DNA of 53,210 nucleotides, filler included, from Sluysia triapertura (Eukaryota): the NCBI GenBank assembly GCA_046118255.1. It is 3 parts of 3 records of this genome, joined end to end, with 100 filler letters (N's around TTAATTAATTAA, not from the genome) between each part and the next. Parts side by side here need not be neighbours in the genome. Positions count along the whole stretch, not along the records: positions 39,513 to 53,210 come from JBJNIA010024287.1; 2 more parts are not named here. The stretch is one strand, 5' to 3'. The notes below the pieces were generated by a model that saw only the letters and a list, made by a program, of their open reading frames with translations, had not been told where the DNA came from and did not search any database. The translations under genes and the position numbers were made by a program. Positions 52,776 to 53,210 of the stretch are shown here, piece after piece. Numbering within the stretch: the first letter of the stretch is position 1; each line of letters starts with the position of its first letter.

Positions 52776-53210
52776 TATAACTTAACACTCTAAAAATATA
52801 TTATTTAGATAATAAAAGATTAATGTACAATAACAAAATGAGCTCATATAACAAATATCAAAATGTAATAAAGTTAATGATTTCAGTATCTTAAGATGAA
52901 GTCTTAGATACTGTTGCGTCTTTAAACTTGTTAAATATTAAATTCACTATTAAAGTCTTATTCAGTTAAAATCTTAATAATTTCAATAGTTAGTATACTG
53001 AATTTAATTTTATTATGATCTACCTTTGTAATTATAACGAAAACTATTATCCCAAATTCAAATACTTGAAAATCAAATCAAAACTAAGACAATGATGTAC
53101 TATTAAACAAAAAATCCTAATATAATTTATTAACAATAAGAATTTTTACTAAATACTGAGAACAACTAAAACGACAAAAATAACAATAGCGTTTATAATA
53201 AAATCAAAAA

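Overview
Very AT-rich eukaryotic (animal-type) genomic DNA with GT-AG introns, many only 32-45 nt long. This resembles a compact invertebrate or parasite genome such as an orthonectid, but the taxon is inference only. Two N-gaps containing a TTAATTAATTAA six-frame-stop linker split the window into three contigs. Host genes: an MNT/Mad-type bHLH gene, the 5' exons of axonemal dynein heavy chain 1, the last two exons of a kinesin-14, a multi-exon cadherin-like beta-sandwich gene largely missed by the ORF track, the 5' exons of propionyl-CoA carboxylase alpha, and an EDEM (GH47) pseudogene fragment. Most of the rest is transposon debris: Tc3-like, piggyBac and pogo MITEs, a CACTA-like end, a Gypsy relic, and a Ulp1-protease-bearing NeSL/Utopia-type non-LTR element. 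Two signals stand out. (1) At 22432-26159 (-), an apparent 3' end of a complex LTR retroelement: membrane (env-like) protein C-terminus, RING-H2 ORF, a 409-aa orphan ORF with S/T/Q-rich and acidic extension, PPT, and a ~890-bp LTR. (2) A miniature LTR retrotransposon whose LTR contains a tRNA-like Pol III cassette, present as a solo LTR at 5053-5213 and as a circularly permuted LTR-PBS-PPT-LTR copy at 13371-13606.
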